Shown piece by piece: positions 51,475-64,000 of a stretch of DNA of 64,000 bases. Position numbers and translations under genes: made by a program. The notes beneath the pieces are model-generated. The model did no database searches, was not told the origin of the DNA, and saw only the letters and a list, made by a program, of their open reading frames with translations. Origin of the DNA: Paragordius varius (lineage: Eukaryota; Animalia; Nematomorpha). The stretch covers positions 1,426,001-1,490,000 of the forward strand of contig OZ176056.1 in the NCBI GenBank assembly GCA_964247055.1, in the 5' to 3' direction. Every line of letters begins with the position of its first letter. Positions within the stretch are counted from its first letter, which is position 1.

Positions 51475-53134
51475 AGTTGTTTGGGGTTATAAAAGAATGT
51501 AAAAAAAAATGTTTTTTTCCGCTTTTACGTGATTTTATATGTTGTCTATTTTTTGTCATTTTTTCTATTATTATATTCAGTCACATAAGTTTATGTTAAT
51601 AAATCTCGTTAGTTTGGATTATTTAAAACAGATGAATTTTATAATTATGTATATCTGTTATATTGTTTTTTTGATTAGGTGTCATAATCTTTTTCAATAT
51701 TATTACAAAGTTCATTTATATGCAAATTTTTCAGTTTTCATTGGTTGATATCGAATGTGTATGGGCCTCTTTATTTAATAACCTATTGAAATGATTATTT
51801 TAAGCCGTATAAACACAGTGTCCACAAAAAATATTCCGGTGTATTATTTATATTATGATAGAAAAATGTATTAGGATTATCTGGTATTTTGGCTTTATCT
51901 GAGCAAATCGCTCCCATTAGAGGATAGCAAGTTTGCGGATCGTTTGTTAAATAATATTTTGTCATGAACTGCAAAATGCGCAAGTGTACTAGAAATAAAG
52001 GCGATAATACTGAGTTAGCGCGATAAATATTTTACTTATATGCTAAATATTAACATTGAAAAAAAGGTTTTTTTCAGTTGGTTTGTTTTGTTAAAATTTT
52101 TATTTATAGCAAAATTTTGGAATATGGTATTTTGAAGCATCGTCAAAACGGTAGAAAAACACCTTTATATGTTATACAAACATTTTACTATATAATTCTA
52201 TGTTTCATAACTTTCCATCACCTCAGAATATAAATTTAAAAGTTTGTTTGCTTTTAAATTTGGATAAATCTTTGTTTCATTTTATATTTATCGCAAATTC
52301 GAAGATGAACGAATATTTTGATCAAAATTCTGAGATAAACGAAAATCATTATCGAATATTATAGATAACTGTTTTTATAATATCTTTAAGAGTTTTAATA
52401 TCGGTTCCAGTATTCTTTAACTTTCTATGAAGTAGGCTTTAACAAAATTTCGCTAAAATTTAAATTTTTGACAAAATATGTTTTTTGATGCCATAATTTA
52501 GCATATAAATTCATATTTATTGCAAAACTTGGGAAAAAATGCTTTTTAAGAAAACCACCACATTTTAGTGCAAAAATATTCGGGACTTTCGGAAAACTCA
52601 CTACTATTTTGTTTTGTTTTTAAAAATTAGTATACCATATATTTTAATGATATTTTTGGAATATAGCATTTATTTACCGAAATATCAATTTAATGTGCGC
52701 TAATTTTGCGATTTTTCGATATCAAAAATGCAAATAACTTTCTTATCTTACTTGTAAGCTACACTAAAAGTATCATGAGAGTCCTGATACATTTATCAAA
52801 ATATATATTTTATCAGGCAGGGTATTTTTATGGCCCCTTTTTTTGAAAGCAGTAAAAAATATCAAACAAAATTATTTAATTTATTATGAAAACAATTTGT
52901 AATATTAATATAATGTGCATAGATGAAAAAAACATTGAATGCAAATCTAAATATATATATAAATCACATTTTTTGGTGGTTTTATGTTTTTTTACAATAA
53001 GCAAAGCTACAATGTAAATATATGTAATCTATTCTTCAATATTATCTTGGTCTATATATAAATATATAAATGCGCAAATATTTTTGGGTTTTTTCTTGTA
53101 ATAATAACTCTAAAAAAAATTTAAAAAATATTAA

Positions 53135-63571
<10,437 letters not shown>

Positions 63572-64000
63572 CTTAAGAAAAAAAATTTTTAAAATTAAGG
63601 CTAAAAAATTAAATTTTTATAAGAATAATAATAATAAATAATTTATAAAATTTCTTAAGTTAAATTGCTTTAAAACACTCTGCGCGTTCTTCAAAAACGC
63701 TTATATATATACCTATTTAGTAAATCATTTATTTTTATTTTTTTCTTTACGAATAATAAAATAAATAATTGATAACTTTATTATGTAAAAAATTATGATT
63801 AAAAATTACTATAATCTAAATAAATAAATAAATAAGGTAAAATTTTAAATATAATAAATATATATAAAATAAAGCCAGTGTTTTTCATAAAAAAACGCAA
63901 GTAAAAAGCAGAAAATCTTTAATTTTGAAAAAATCCAATTATTTTCTGTGGAAACAAAACAATATCTCTTTACAAGTTCAATAATCCATACTATTGTAAT

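Noticed and set aside
51795-51990. 62-aa minus-strand ORF with an acceptor-like TTTCTAG
   Set aside because: It has no recognisable motif and its phase does not fit the PERK donors; it may be chance or 3' UTR sequence, and RNA data would be needed.

Overview
This is a very AT-rich (about 20% GC by eye outside exons), intron-rich animal genomic window; the species cannot be determined from the sequence. Three spliced genes were reconstructed by hand with GT-AG introns and consistent exon phases: a single-minded (SIM)-type bHLH-PAS factor (minus, 16152-23978, 10 exons, about 986 aa), CCT7/TCP1-eta (plus, 41929-51474, 14 exons, 579 aa) and PERK/EIF2AK3 (minus, 53135 to beyond 63571, 5' end outside the window). 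The left 16 kb is mobile DNA: an RTE-clade LINE whose ORF is open to the window edge, a decayed hAT transposase, a 4.1-kb satellite of ~167-bp units, and several MITE families that also occur in introns of all three genes. Two observations stand out. (1) SIM exon 1 and its upstream region were tandemly duplicated at an offset of about 8.1-8.5 kb. The coding copy has decayed, but short motif islands persist in both copies, including three pairs of Smad composite sites with an invariant 5-nt spacer (GGCGAC-N5-GTCTG and AGAC-N5-GGCGAC), which suggests a retained BMP-responsive shadow silencer or enhancer. (2) One CCT7 intron is built from eight tandem copies of its own 3' splice site plus exon start, and the seven upstream copies all lead to premature stops; a second CCT7 intron carries one older decoy of the same kind. 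Alignments and counts were done by eye, so repeat boundaries are approximate.
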